Part shown: one piece after another, positions 13,371 through 24,400 of the stretch | Numbering within the stretch: the stretch's first letter is position 1 | Layout: each line of letters starts with the position of its first letter | NCBI GenBank assembly: GCA_030390025.1 | Contig: JASTWF010000351.1 | Location: 310,001 to 374,000, forward strand | From: Squalus acanthias | Taxonomy: Eukaryota | Length of the DNA stretch: 64,000 nucleotides | Reading direction: 5' to 3' | Position numbers and translations under genes: made by a program | The notes under the pieces: generated by a model | What the model saw: the letters and a program-made list of their open reading frames with translations, nothing else | The model's database searches: none | What the model was told of the DNA's origin: nothing

Positions 13371-13618
13371 AAAATGAGAAGTCGCACAACACCAGGTTAT
13401 AGTCCAACAGATTTATTTAATTTTACAAGCTTTCGGAGCTGTCGCTCCTTCGTCAGGTAAGTTAGCAATGAGAGAATCTCCCAGAATTCACAATTTAAAC
13501 CCAGGTTTAAATTGTGAATTCTGGGAGATTCTCTCATTGCTAACTTACCTGACGAAGGAGCGACAGCTCCGAAAGCTTGTAAAATTAAATAAATCTGTTG
13601 GACTATAACCTGGTGTTG
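13371..13618. mobile_element. Fold-back (palindromic) PLE terminal-repeat insertion; its right arm resumes at 28547-28598 after the Tx1 array
   Basis: Perfect inverted repeat centred on 13502-13503 (13387-13501 pairs with 13504-13618). TSD TGAAACTAGAACA at 13358-13370 and 28599-28611. An empty paralogous site lies at about 55218-55231. Confidence 0.92.
13545..13582 (+). ncRNA. Minimal type I hammerhead ribozyme motif (mirror copy on the minus strand in the left arm)
   Basis: TTAC-CTGACGA-AGGAGC(GACA)GCTCC-GAA-AGCT-T-GTAA. Confidence 0.8.
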
Positions 13619-14196
13619 CTCTTTTTGGTTGAATAAATCAAAATTTACTGTAAATCAATTAAAACTTTAAATGAAACTTAATAAATCAAATCAAAATTTG
13701 GAAGTCAGGGGTGACGATGCACTCCAGCCCCCGCGGCGCCCACCGGTCGCGGAAAAACTCAAGCGTGCCGGCGGACACCGCGTGCTCCATCTCCAGGGCC
13801 ACCCGGGCGCGAACATGGCCGCGGAAGAGAGGCAGGCAATCGGGCCGAACGACCCCCTCGACCGCCCGCTGCCTGGACCAATTAATGGCTTTCTTGGCCA
13901 GGCCCAGGAGCAGTCCTACGAGGAGGTCCTCCGACCTACCCGCTCCCCTCCGCACCGGGTGACCGTAGATCAGGAGCGTGGGGCTGAAGTGCAACCAGAA
14001 ATTGAGGAGCAGCCCCTTCAAATAATGAAAGAGGGGCTGCAACCTCTCACACTCAATATAAATGTGATAGACGGACTCCTCCAGGCCGCAGAAATGGCAA
14101 GCAGCCTGGGAGTCCGTAAACCTACTTAAAATCCTATTGCACGGGACTGCTCCGTCCAACACCCTCCAGGCCAAGTCCCGAATAGAACAAGGGAAG
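13619..14196 (-). mobile_element. Tx1-clade retrotransposon copy A (5'-truncated, 578 bp)
   Basis: Encodes the ORF2 C-terminus including CHFCGLEESVYHIYIEC. Flanked by TSD TATAACCTGGTGTTG at 13604-13618 and 14197-14211. Confidence 0.93.
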
Positions 14197-14278
14197 TATA
14201 ACCTGGTGTTGCTCTTTTTGGTTGGACAAACACAAATTTACTGTAAATCAATTAAAACTTTAAATGAAACTTAACAAA

Positions 14279-17200
14279 TCAAATCAAAATTTGGAAGTCC
14301 GGGGTGACGATGCACTCCAGTCCCCGCGGTGCCCACCGGTCGCGGAAAAACTCAAGCGTGCCGGCGGACACCGCGTGCTCCATCTCCAGGGCCACCCGGG
14401 CGCGAACATGGCCGCGGAAGAGAGGCAGGCAATCGGGCCGAACGACCCCCTCGACCGCCCGTTGCCTGGACCAATTCATGGCTTTCTTGGCCAGGCCCAG
14501 GAGCAGTCCTACGAGGAGGTCCTCCGACCTACCCGCTCCCCTCCGCACCGGGTGACCGTAGATCAGGAGCGTGGGGCTGAAGTGCAACCAGAAATTGAGG
14601 AGCAGCCCCTTCAAATAATGAAAGAGGGGCTGCAACCTCTCACACTCAATATAAATGTGATAGACGGACTCCTCCAGGCCGCAGAAATGGCAAGCAGCCT
14701 GGGAGTCCGTAAACCTACTTAAAATCCTATTGCACGGGACTGCTCCGTGCAACACCCTCCAGGCCAAGTCCCCAATAGAACAAGGGAAGACTCCCGCGTA
14801 GAGAGCCTTCCAATGGGGACCTTCGCCTCCGCCGGACGGCAGGATGGTACGCCAAGGCGTGTCCGGACGGCAGACGAAGATGGCAAAGTGGAGAGTGTGC
14901 AGGAGCAGCCCGTACAGGAAACGCCTCCGTGCGGATTGAAAGGGCACGGAGGGCATTTCTCCGAGAAGGCTCAAGTGGTGAGGCGGCGGCTCCCGAGGGA
15001 GGATTCGGGACCGGGCGCCGATAAGGAATTCCGTCCGAACGGGGGTCAGTTCGGACGGGATCGCCCCACGTGCTTGAGCCTCCTCGACACACCTAGTGGA
15101 GACGGGGCCCAGTGCCACTTTTAGCGACTCGATGGCTTTGACCGCGAGCCGGACGTTGACCCAGGACATGCGCCTCGCCAACTCCTCCGGCGCCATCCAG
15201 CCCGCTCCTCCGCCATCGAGCAGGTCCCCGACTCTGGTCACCTTACCGGGCACAGCCGTGCCCTCCGCCAGCCAGCCGAACCCGCGGTCGTGGAGGTGCG
15301 GATTCCTGAACAGCGGCTCCCGAAGGACGGCCGCCGCTCCTGACGGGGGAGAACTGCGCTCGGAGGCGACGCTGTTCCAAACCCATAGCAGTTCCTGGTA
15401 GAAGACAGGCAGCTCCCGCAGGCCGGCACGCGTGCCACCCACTCTCACAAACAGGAGCTGCGTGTCGTAATTGAGGCCGTGCAGCTGGCGGAAGAAATAC
15501 ATCGCCAGCGCACGCCACCTAGGAGGATTCTCCACGTACAGGTATCTCTGCAGCGTCTGAAGACGGAAAGTCGCCGCCTGGGTGCGAAGGCACACCAGCG
15601 CCTGACCGCCCTCCCTAAGCGGGAGACTCAAAACCGCGGCAGAGACCCAGTGCTTCCTTTTGTCCCAGAAGAAGTCGACGAGCTTCTTCTGCATCTTGGC
15701 GACAAACGCAGGGGGAGGGATCAAAGTGACCAACCGGTACCACAACATGGCGGCCACCAGCTGGTTTATGACCTGCGCTCGACCCCTGTAGGACAACACT
15801 CGGAGCAGTCCTGTCCAGCGCCCTAGGCGAGCGGTGACTTTGGCCTCCAGCTCTTGCCAGTTCGCCGGCCAGGCGTCCTCGGCCGGGCTGAGGTAGACTC
15901 CCAGGTAGAGGAGGTGCGTGGTGCTCCAGGCAAAAGGCCCGAACTCCTCCTGCAGGGAGTCCACCTGCCATGGGCCCACCAGGAGTCCAGAACATTTCTC
16001 CCAGTTGATCTTGGCGGAGGATGCGTCCGAGTAAATCTGCTGGCATTCTCGCATCCTCCGCAAGTCGACGGGATCCGTGACCGCGAGGAGCACGTCATCG
16101 GCGTAAGCCGAGAGGACCACCTCCACGCCCGGCCCTTGCAGAGCCAGTCCCGTCAACCTCTTCCGCAAGAGGCGCAGGAAAGGCTCCACGCAAACGACGT
16201 ATAACTGACCGGACATGGGGCATCCCTGACGCACCCCCCTCCCGAAGCGAAGGGGCGCCGTCAAAGACCCGTTAACTTTAATGAGACACTCCGCGGCGGC
16301 GTACAGAAGTCGGATCCGGGCGACGAAATGCGTCCCGAACCCGAATGCGCGCAGAGTCCCGAAAAGATACTCGTGATCCACCCTGTCGAACGCCTTCTCC
16401 TGATCCAGGGAAAGGAAGGCGACCGACAGACCAGCCCTCTGGGAATGGTGGACCAGGTCCCGGACCAGATGGATGTTATCGTGGATGCTCCGGCCCGGGA
16501 CCGTGTAGGACTGGTCGGGGTGGATCATGCGGGCCAGCACGGTGCCAAGGCGAGCAGACATAGCCCTGGCAAAAATTTTGTAGTCCGTGCTGAGGAGGGA
16601 GACCGGGCGCCAGTTCTTAAGTAGGCGGAGATCGCCCTTCTTGGGCAGCAGGACGATGACCGCCCTGCGCCAAGAGAGGGGCATCTCCCCGGTCGCCAGA
16701 CTTTCCCCCAGGACCCGCGCGTAGTCGTCCCCCAAGACGTCCCAGAACGCCCTGTGGAACTCCACGGTCAGCCCGTCCAGCCCCGGGGACTTGCCCCTCG
16801 AGAGCTGGCGCAGGGCGCCGGTCAGCTCCGCCAGGCATAGCGGAGCTTCTAAATTCTCGGCGCCCTCCGGGCCGACCTTCGGCAGGTCCTCCCACAAAAC
16901 TCTGCGCGCATCCTCGCTGGACGGATCCGAAGAGAACAGAGCCCCGTAATAGGCCCGGGCCTCCGCGCTGATGCCCTCCGGATCCGAGACCAGAGATCCG
17001 TCGTCGGCCAGCAGCCCCAAGAGCTGCTTACGGACCCCCCGTCTTTTTTCCAGCGAGTAGAAGAAGGGGGAGCCGCGGTCCAGGTCCCGCAGGAACTGGA
17101 TCCGCGACCTCACGTACGCGCCTCGGGACCCGACCAGCTGCAGGTCCTTCAGCGCGCCCTTCTTCTCTTCGTACACCTTCCGCAGGGCCGGGTCCTCGAC

Positions 17201-18178
17201 GACTTGACCGAGACGGGACTCCAGGTCGAGCACTTCTTTCTCCAATCGCCCGACCCGGGCCTCCCGCCTCTTGGTCGACCCCTTCGCGTACTCCTGACAG
17301 AAGACGCGGACGTGAGCCTTGCCCACGTCCCACCATAGCCTCAAGGAGGGGAAGCCTCCCCGCTTCCTTCTCCAGTCGGCCCAGAACCGGCGAAACGAAT
17401 CCCGGAACCGCGCGTCCTCCAGCAGCAGGTTGTTAAAATGCCAGTACGCGGACCCACCCCGCGCGCGCAGCGGAGCGAGCTCCGCCCACACCAGGTGGTG
17501 GTCCGTGCACGGCACCGGCCGCATGGAAGCCGCCGGAACGCAGGAGACGTACGCCCGGGAAATGTAAAGGCGGTCGATTCTGGACCTTCCTCCTCCAGAC
17601 CTCACGCTCGTGAAGGCGCTGGAGTCGGGATGGAGATTTCGCCAGACGTCCACCAAGTCGAAGGACCCGACCAGCTCCCGCAACTTCTCCATCGCCGCCG
17701 GGCTTCGCGGGGGACCCGACCGGTCCCGCGCCTCGAGGGTACAATTGAAATCCCCCCCGAGGATGACGCACTCGCCCACGTCGATGGAGCCCAGAAGAGC
17801 GGACACTTCTCCGAAGAAGCGCACTTGCTGCGCACCGGTCCGGGGGGCGTACACGTTCACTAAATGGAGCGGCATGCCTCCCAGGCGAACAGTGACCTGG
17901 AGCAAGCGGCCCGGCACGTGCTCCTTGACCCTCAAGATCTCCGGCTGAAAATGCGGGGCCAGCAAGACAGCCACCCCGCAGGAATTGTTAGAGAGGTGAC
18001 TCATGCTGACCCCTCCTTGCCACTCCAGGAGCCACGTGGCCTCGTCTCCCGGAACGGTGTGGGTTTCATGCAGGAAGCACACCGCATATTTCCCGTCCCG
18101 AAGGACCGAGAAGTTATTGAATCTACGGCGCGCCTCCCTGCTGCCGTTGATGTTGAGGCTGGCTATGGTTATCTTCAT
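14279..18178 (-). CDS. Tx1 ORF2: APE endonuclease, reverse transcriptase and C-terminal CCHC zinc finger (copy B)
   Basis: SLNING, LHETH, GGDFN, SRIDR and TDH (APE). KSPGLDG, NWRPVSLL, LDQEKAFD, GVRQGCP and YADD (RT). CHFC...H...C. The first ATG is at 18178; the track start at 18196 is TTG. Confidence 0.92.
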   Translation of the reverse strand: MKITIASLNINGSREARRRFNNFSVLRDGKYAVCFLHETHTVPGDEATWLLEWQGGVSMSHLSNNSCGVAVLLAPHFQPEILRVKEHVPGRLLQVTVRLGGMPLHLVNVYAPRTGAQQVRFFGEVSALLGSIDVGECVILGGDFNCTLEARDRSGPPRSPAAMEKLRELVGSFDLVDVWRNLHPDSSAFTSVRSGGGRSRIDRLYISRAYVSCVPAASMRPVPCTDHHLVWAELAPLRARGGSAYWHFNNLLLEDARFRDSFRRFWADWRRKRGGFPSLRLWWDVGKAHVRVFCQEYAKGSTKRREARVGRLEKEVLDLESRLGQVVEDPALRKVYEEKKGALKDLQLVGSRGAYVRSRIQFLRDLDRGSPFFYSLEKRRGVRKQLLGLLADDGSLVSDPEGISAEARAYYGALFSSDPSSEDARRVLWEDLPKVGPEGAENLEAPLCLAELTGALRQLSRGKSPGLDGLTVEFHRAFWDVLGDDYARVLGESLATGEMPLSWRRAVIVLLPKKGDLRLLKNWRPVSLLSTDYKIFARAMSARLGTVLARMIHPDQSYTVPGRSIHDNIHLVRDLVHHSQRAGLSVAFLSLDQEKAFDRVDHEYLFGTLRAFGFGTHFVARIRLLYAAAECLIKVNGSLTAPLRFGRGVRQGCPMSGQLYVVCVEPFLRLLRKRLTGLALQGPGVEVVLSAYADDVLLAVTDPVDLRRMRECQQIYSDASSAKINWEKCSGLLVGPWQVDSLQEEFGPFAWSTTHLLYLGVYLSPAEDAWPANWQELEAKVTARLGRWTGLLRVLSYRGRAQVINQLVAAMLWYRLVTLIPPPAFVAKMQKKLVDFFWDKRKHWVSAAVLSLPLREGGQALVCLRTQAATFRLQTLQRYLYVENPPRWRALAMYFFRQLHGLNYDTQLLFVRVGGTRAGLRELPVFYQELLWVWNSVASERSSPPSGAAAVLREPLFRNPHLHDRGFGWLAEGTAVPGKVTRVGDLLDGGGAGWMAPEELARRMSWVNVRLAVKAIESLKVALGPVSTRCVEEAQARGAIPSELTPVRTEFLIGARSRILPREPPPHHLSLLGEMPSVPFQSARRRFLYGLLLHTLHFAIFVCRPDTPWRTILPSGGGEGPHWKALYAGVFPCSIGDLAWRVLHGAVPCNRILSRFTDSQAACHFCGLEESVYHIYIECERLQPLFHYLKGLLLNFWLHFSPTLLIYGHPVRRGAGRSEDLLVGLLLGLAKKAMNWSRQRAVEGVVRPDCLPLFRGHVRARVALEMEHAVSAGTLEFFRDRWAPRGLECIVTPDFQILI

Positions 18179-18203
18179 CTCAGAAGCATAGTGCAACCTC
18201 TAC

Positions 18204-20352
18204 CTAACGGAGGGGAGGGAGCGCGGTCACTGACAACCGCCACTCCCTCAGCAGCCCAGTGTGGAAACTCTTGAGCCGACGCAGCTCGAGCCGGCCAACG
18301 TCCTTGTCCGCGCCCATGATTTTAACGGCGGCGCGGACGGACACGACGAGTAGCGCCAGCTCCGACCACTTGTCGAGGGCCAGCCGGATCTTCTTGTGAC
18401 GACCCTGGCTCATGGCCATAAAATCCCGGAGTTCCCCTACGGGGATGAGGGGAGAGTCGGTGAAGGGCACGAGGGCGTCCATCACCTCGCTGCCGATGGA
18501 CTCCAAATCGTCCTCGATGCCCACCACCGATTCCCCGTCCTCCTCCGGGAGGTCGTCACCGGCGGCCGACCCGTCCGTCGCACGGGGTGCAGCGAACGGC
18601 TCGGCCGCACCGGCCGGCCCCGCCTCCGTCACGATCCCAGGATCGGTGGCAGAGGAGTCCACCCTGGGCTCCTTCAGGGGCGCCGGGCCGGGAGGCGGCA
18701 GCGGCGGTTCGGGGCCCCCCCCCGCCTCAGGCGCCGGGGCGACCGGAGAAACCGGGGAGAAAATAATCCCAAATTCCTCCAGCACGTCCGGCGCCAACAA
18801 CAGAGACGGAGTCAGGGGGCTTTCCGTCTCCCCGCCACCAACCTCCGACCCAGCAGGCCGGGGACTGCTACACTCCTCCACCAGGTCGAGCAATCCCTGG
18901 GAGATGTCTGGGTTATAAAAGGCGGGCTCGGCTTCAGCCTCTTTGGCCTCGCCCGCCCCAGTCCCCAGGACGCCCGACCCGGCGAGGAGCAACGGTTCCG
19001 GAACTACATTTCCCTCCGCGTGTTGTTCCGCGCCCCCCCCCACGGGCAGGGTCTCTTCCCCATCCCCGGGAGGCACAGGTCGGACAGACTCGGCTGTCTC
19101 ACCCTCCCGAGGGACAGACGACCCCTGCCGATCGCGCGCGACGATGACGGTGGTGGGGTGGGGCGCAGCACCCGTGGCGGGCGACTGCCCCCCTTTTGCG
19201 GAGGGACCTTCCTCCTCGCAGTCCTCCTGCTGGGGGCGGAGCTTTCTTTTTAACAAGTTGGGGCCCGGAGAGGGGGAGGCCTCCATGTCTGCTGGGGCCT
19301 CCCTCTCTGCCCCCTTCCGAAGACTGGGTTTCTTGGGCCCCTCGGGCCCGAGCCCGGCCGCAGGTCTTGATTTAGCTGCCTCAGCAGTTGCGGTCATGGT
19401 CACGGGCCCGGGCACGAGGAACCCCCAGTCTCATGCGTCCCGACCAACTCCGCGATGTACTCGGGCGTGAGGTCGGTCAACTCTGATGTTTCCTCCGCGA
19501 GGGGATCCGCCCTTAGGTGTTTATTTTCCCTACGCGCCTTCCTTCCCCCCGGACGCTCTCCCTCCTCCCCGCCGGAGGCCGTGGTGGTGTTGGCCTCCGA
19601 TTTCGACCGCGCATCCGTCGCCGTCGACGCACGGACAGTATCGGGGGAGGGGGGGCGGCGGCGCCAACCCTGGCCGCGCCAGGTGTCGTGGCGGCCTTGG
19701 AGGCGAGGCAGTTTTTGCGGACGTGCCCCACCTCCTTACAGGCGTAGCACCGCACGCCGTCCGAGGTCCAGAAGACGCGGTGGGCGGTCCCCCCGTGGAG
19801 CACCGTGAACGCGCCATCCGCGTCCTCCTCCCGCGCCAGCCGGACGAAAAGCTGGCGCCGGAAGGAGAAGACGTGCCGAAGGCTGGCTTCCCGGAAGCCG
19901 AGCGGGATGGGTGTGATCCCCGACCTCACCTCCCCCAGTTGACGTAGGTGGGGGAGGAGGAGCTCACCCGGAACAAAGGGCGGGACGTTGGAAACCACAA
20001 TCCTTTGCGCGGTGGCCTCAAGGGGGTCCACCGGCAGGAAGGTCCCGCCCACGGTGAGCCCCTTCTCGATGGCCAGGGACACCGCCCGCTCCGACCCCAG
20101 GAAGAACACAGCCTTGCCGTACATTTTAGAGGCGGCGACGATGGCTGAAGGGCCGACAACCCCAGCCATGGCTTTTACGCACGCCTCTATAGTCATGTTG
20201 GGGTGAGTGTAGCTCTTGACCCCATTCTTCCTCGTAAGGAGGGTAAAAGGTGACGGGGTAACAGGAGGACTCGTGGCTGCGGCCGTGGCCGCGGCTGCCA
20301 CGCTTGCGTATGTCCTCGCTGCCCCCGCCACCGGCGAAGATGTGGTCGCCAA
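18204..20352 (-). pseudogene. Tx1 ORF1 (gag-like, CCHC knuckle) copy B, frameshifted, with the start codon changed to TTG
   Basis: Split into ORFs 19513-20382 and 18204-19415. Knuckle CYACKEVGHVRKNC. Indels relative to copy C fall in G/C runs near 19425 and 19650. Confidence 0.8.
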
Positions 20353-21445
20353 ATTGGGTTGGTCTTTAAGGGCTACACTCACCCCAAGTCACAGGCCTGA
20401 AGGTGTTAATGGCCTCGGTTTTTTGTTTCTGTTTTCCCCTGAGCAGAGGGAGCTCTTAAATTGAAGGCACACCTCTCCCTTTAGTTGATTGAATTGGGAG
20501 AGGGGCCTTCTCCCCTCTGCTCAATAGGTACTTAATTAAAATAGATTGAGGTGCCTCTTAGAGAGAGAGGCAGAGAGAGACAAGAGACAAAGAGAGAGAG
20601 AGAGGGGGTGGGAAGGAGGGAAGCCGCAAGGGCAGGGTCGCCACTCAGGATGGTGGGTGGGTGGGTGTTGGCAGGGGGGTGCACTCTCCGATGTAATAAA
20701 AGTCTTTGGTGGTGGTGGTCTTCTGGTGGGGGGAGAAGATGTCTTCACCTGGGATAGCTGGAGATGCCCAGGCTCAGTCTTGCACCAGGTCTTAACGATG
20801 CCCAATAAGATTAAATTAATTGGGGACTTCACCTAGGCAGCTCCAGCTGTCCCAGGTCAGGCAATGGGAAAGGGGTGTTTAATATGGTGTGTGCGGCCTA
20901 GCTTTTACAGAAGCCACACACACACACACACCCCTTGGATGTTCCGGCCTTCTTCTTTTTCTTCTTTCCTCCCCCCACCTACAAAACAAAGTCTCTGGGA
21001 GAGTGCCCCAGAATCACACCCACCGGTAGCTGTTCTTTCCTTCCTTCCTCCTTCCAAACAGATGATGTTGTGTTGTTTTCTCCCCTCTCTCCCTCTCCTA
21101 AAATGGAGGCCAATTGAGGAGGCAGTGTTGGAAAGGCCTCCCCTCTGGTGTTAATGGCCTTGGCCTTCCTTCCCTTTCTTTCTCCTCTCCTGTCCTCTCT
21201 CTCCAGGCACCTCAGTTGTAGTTGTTGGTTGTGTTGGTGGTGGCCTGCTGTCTGGTCTCCTTCTCCTTCTCCTCTTCCTGGTCACAGAGACCACCACTCT
21301 GCTGCTGCTGCTCCTCAGTCAGCAGCTCCGAAAGCTTGTGATTTCAAATCAAGCTGTTGGACTATAACCTGGTGTTGATCTTTTTGGTTTGACAGAACGC
21401 AAATTTACTGTAAATCAATTAAAACTTGAAATGAAACTTAATAAA

Positions 21446-24400
21446 TCAAATTAAAATTTGAAAGTCCGGGGTGATGATGCACTCCAGTCCCCGCGGCGCC
21501 CACCGGTCGCAGAAAAACTCAAGCGTGCCGGCGGACACCGCGTGCTCCATCTCCAGGGCCACCCGGGCGCGAACATGGCCGCGGAAGAGAGGCAGGCAAT
21601 CGGGCCGAACGACCCCCTCGACCGCCCGCTGCCTGGACCAATTAATGGCTTTCTTGGCCAGGCCCAGGAGCAGTCCTACGAGGAGGTCCTCCGACCTACC
21701 CGCTCCCCTCCGCACCGGGTGACCGTAGATCAGGAGCGTGGGGCTGAAGTGCAACCAGAAATTGAGGAGCAGCCCCTTCAAATAATGAAAGAGGGGCTGC
21801 AACCTCTCACATTCAACATAAATGTGATAGACGGACTCCTCCAGGCCGCAGAAATGGCAAGCAGCCTGGGAGTCCGTAAACCTACTTAAAATCCTATTGC
21901 ACGGGACTGCTCCGTGCAACACCCTCCAGGCCAAGTCCCCAATAGAACAAGGGAAGACTCCCGCGTAGAGAGCCTTCCAATGGGGACCTTCGCCTCCGCC
22001 GGACGGCAGGATGGTACGCCAAGGCGTGTCCGGACGGCAGACGAAGATGGCAAAGTGGAGAGTGTGCAGGAGCAGCCCGTACAGGAAACGCCTCCGTGCG
22101 GATTGAAAGGGCACGGAGGGCATTTCTCCGAGAAGGCTCAAGTGGTGAGGCGGCGGCTCCCGAGGGAGGATTCGGGGCCGGGCGCCGATAAGGAATTCCG
22201 TCCGAACGGGGGTCAGTTCGGACGGGATCGCCCCACGTGCTTGAGCCTCCTCGACACACCTAGTGGAGACGGGGCCCAGTGCCACTTTTAGCGACTCGAT
22301 GGCTTTGACCGCGAGCCGGACGTTGACCCAAGACATGCGCCTCGCCAACTCCTCCGGCGCCATCCAGCCCGCTCCTCCGCCATCGAGCAGGTCCCCGACT
22401 CTGGTCACCTTACCGGGCACAGCCCTGCCCTCCGCCAGCCAGCCGAACCCGCGGTCGTGGAGGTGCGGATTCCTGAACAGCGGCTCCCGAAGGACGGCCG
22501 CCGCTCCTGACGGGGGAGAACTGCGCTCGGAGGCGACGCTGTTCCAAACCCATAGCAGTTCCTGGTAGAAGACAGGCAGCTCCCGCAGGCTGGCACGCGT
22601 GCCACCCACTCTCACAAACAGGAGCTGCGTGTCGTAATTGAGGCCGTGCAGCTGGCGGAAGAAATACGTCGCCAGCGCACGCCACCTAGGAGGATTCTCC
22701 ACGTACAGGTATCTCTGCAGCGTCTGAAGACGGAAAGTCGCCGCCTGGGTGCGAAGGCACACCAGCGCCTGACCGCCCTCCCTAAGCGGGAGACTCAAAA
22801 CCGCGGCAGAGACCCAGTGCTTCCTTTTGTCCCAGAAGAAGTCGACGAGCTTCTTCTGCATCTTGGCGACAAACGCAGGGGGAGGGATCAAAGTGACCAA
22901 CCGGTACCACAACATGGCGGCCACCAGCTGGTTTATGACCAGCGCTCGACCCCTGTAGGACAACACTCGGAGCAGTCCTGTCCAGCGTCCTAGGCGAGCG
23001 GTGACTTTGGCCTCCAGCTCTTGCCAGTTCGCCGGCCAGGCGTCCTCGGCCGGGCTGAGGTAGACTCCCAGGTAGAGGAGGTGCGTGGTGCTCCAGGCGA
23101 AAGGCCCGAACTCCTCCGGCAGGGAGTCCACCTGCCATGGGCCCACCAGGAGTCCAGAACATTTCTCCCAGTTGATCTTGGCGGAGGATGCGTCCGAGTA
23201 AATCTGCTGGCATTCTCGCATCCTCCGCAAGTCGACGGGATCCGTGACCGCGAGGAGCACGTCATCGGCGTAAGCCGAGAGGACCACCTCCACGCCCGGC
23301 CCTTGCAGAGCCAGTCCCGTCAACCTCTTCCGCAAGAGGCGCAGGAAAGGCTCCACGCAAACGGCGTATAACTGACCGGACATGGGGCATCCCTGACGCA
23401 CCCCCCTCCCGAAGCGAAGGGGCGCCGTCAAAGACCCGTTAACTTTAATCAGACACTCCGCGGCGGCGTACAGAAGTCGGATCCGGGCGACGAAATGCGT
23501 CCCGAACCCGAATGCGCGCAGAGTCCCGAAAAGATACTCGTGATCCACCCTGTCGAACGCCTTCTCCTGATCCAGGGAAAGGAAGGCGACCGACAGACCA
23601 GCCCTCTGGGAATGGTGGACCAGGTCCCGGACCAGATGGATGTTATCGTGGATACTCCGGCCCGGGACCGTGTAGGACTGGTCGGGGTGGATCATGCTGG
23701 CCAGCACGGTGCCAAGGCGAGCAGACATAGCCCTGGCGAAAATTTTGTAGTCCGTGCTGAGGAGGGAGACCGGGCGCCAGTTCTTAAGTAGGCGGAGATC
23801 GCCCTTCTTGGGCAGCAGGACGATGACCGCCCTGCGCCAAGAGAGGGGCATCTCCCCGGTCGCCAGACTTTCCCCCAGGACCCGCGCGTAGTCGTCCCCC
23901 AAGACGTCCCAGAACGCCCTGTGGAACTCCACGGTCAGCCCGTCCAGCCCCGGGGACTTGCCCCTCGAGAGCTGGCGCAGGGCGCCGGTCAGCTCCGCCA
24001 GGCTTAGCGGAGCTTCTAAATTCTCGGCGCCCTCCGGGCCGACCTTCGGCAGGTCCTCCCACAAAACTCTGCGCGCATCCTCGCTGGACGGATCCGAAGA
24101 GAACAGAGCCCCGTAATAGGCCCGGGCCTCCGCGCTGATGCCCTCCGGATCCGAGACCAGAGATCCGTCGTCGGCCAGCAGCCCCAAGAGCTGCTTACGG
24201 ACCCCCCGTCTTTTTTCCAGCGAGTAGAAGAAGGGGGAGCCGCGGTCCAGGTCCCGCAGGAGCTGGATCCGCGACCTCACGTACGCGCCTCGGGACCCGA
24301 CCAGCTGCAGGTCCTTCAGCGCGCCCTTCTTCTCTTCGTACACCTTCCGCAGGGCCGGGTCCTCGACGACTTGACCGAGACGGGACTCCAGGTCGAGCAC

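Larger units (their letters stand above)
14212..21362 (-). mobile_element. Tx1-clade retrotransposon copy B (full length, about 7.15 kb)
   Basis: About 1-kb 5' UTR, frameshifted ORF1 and open ORF2. TSD at 14197-14211 and 21363-21377. GC/CpG-rich relative to its flanks. Confidence 0.93.
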
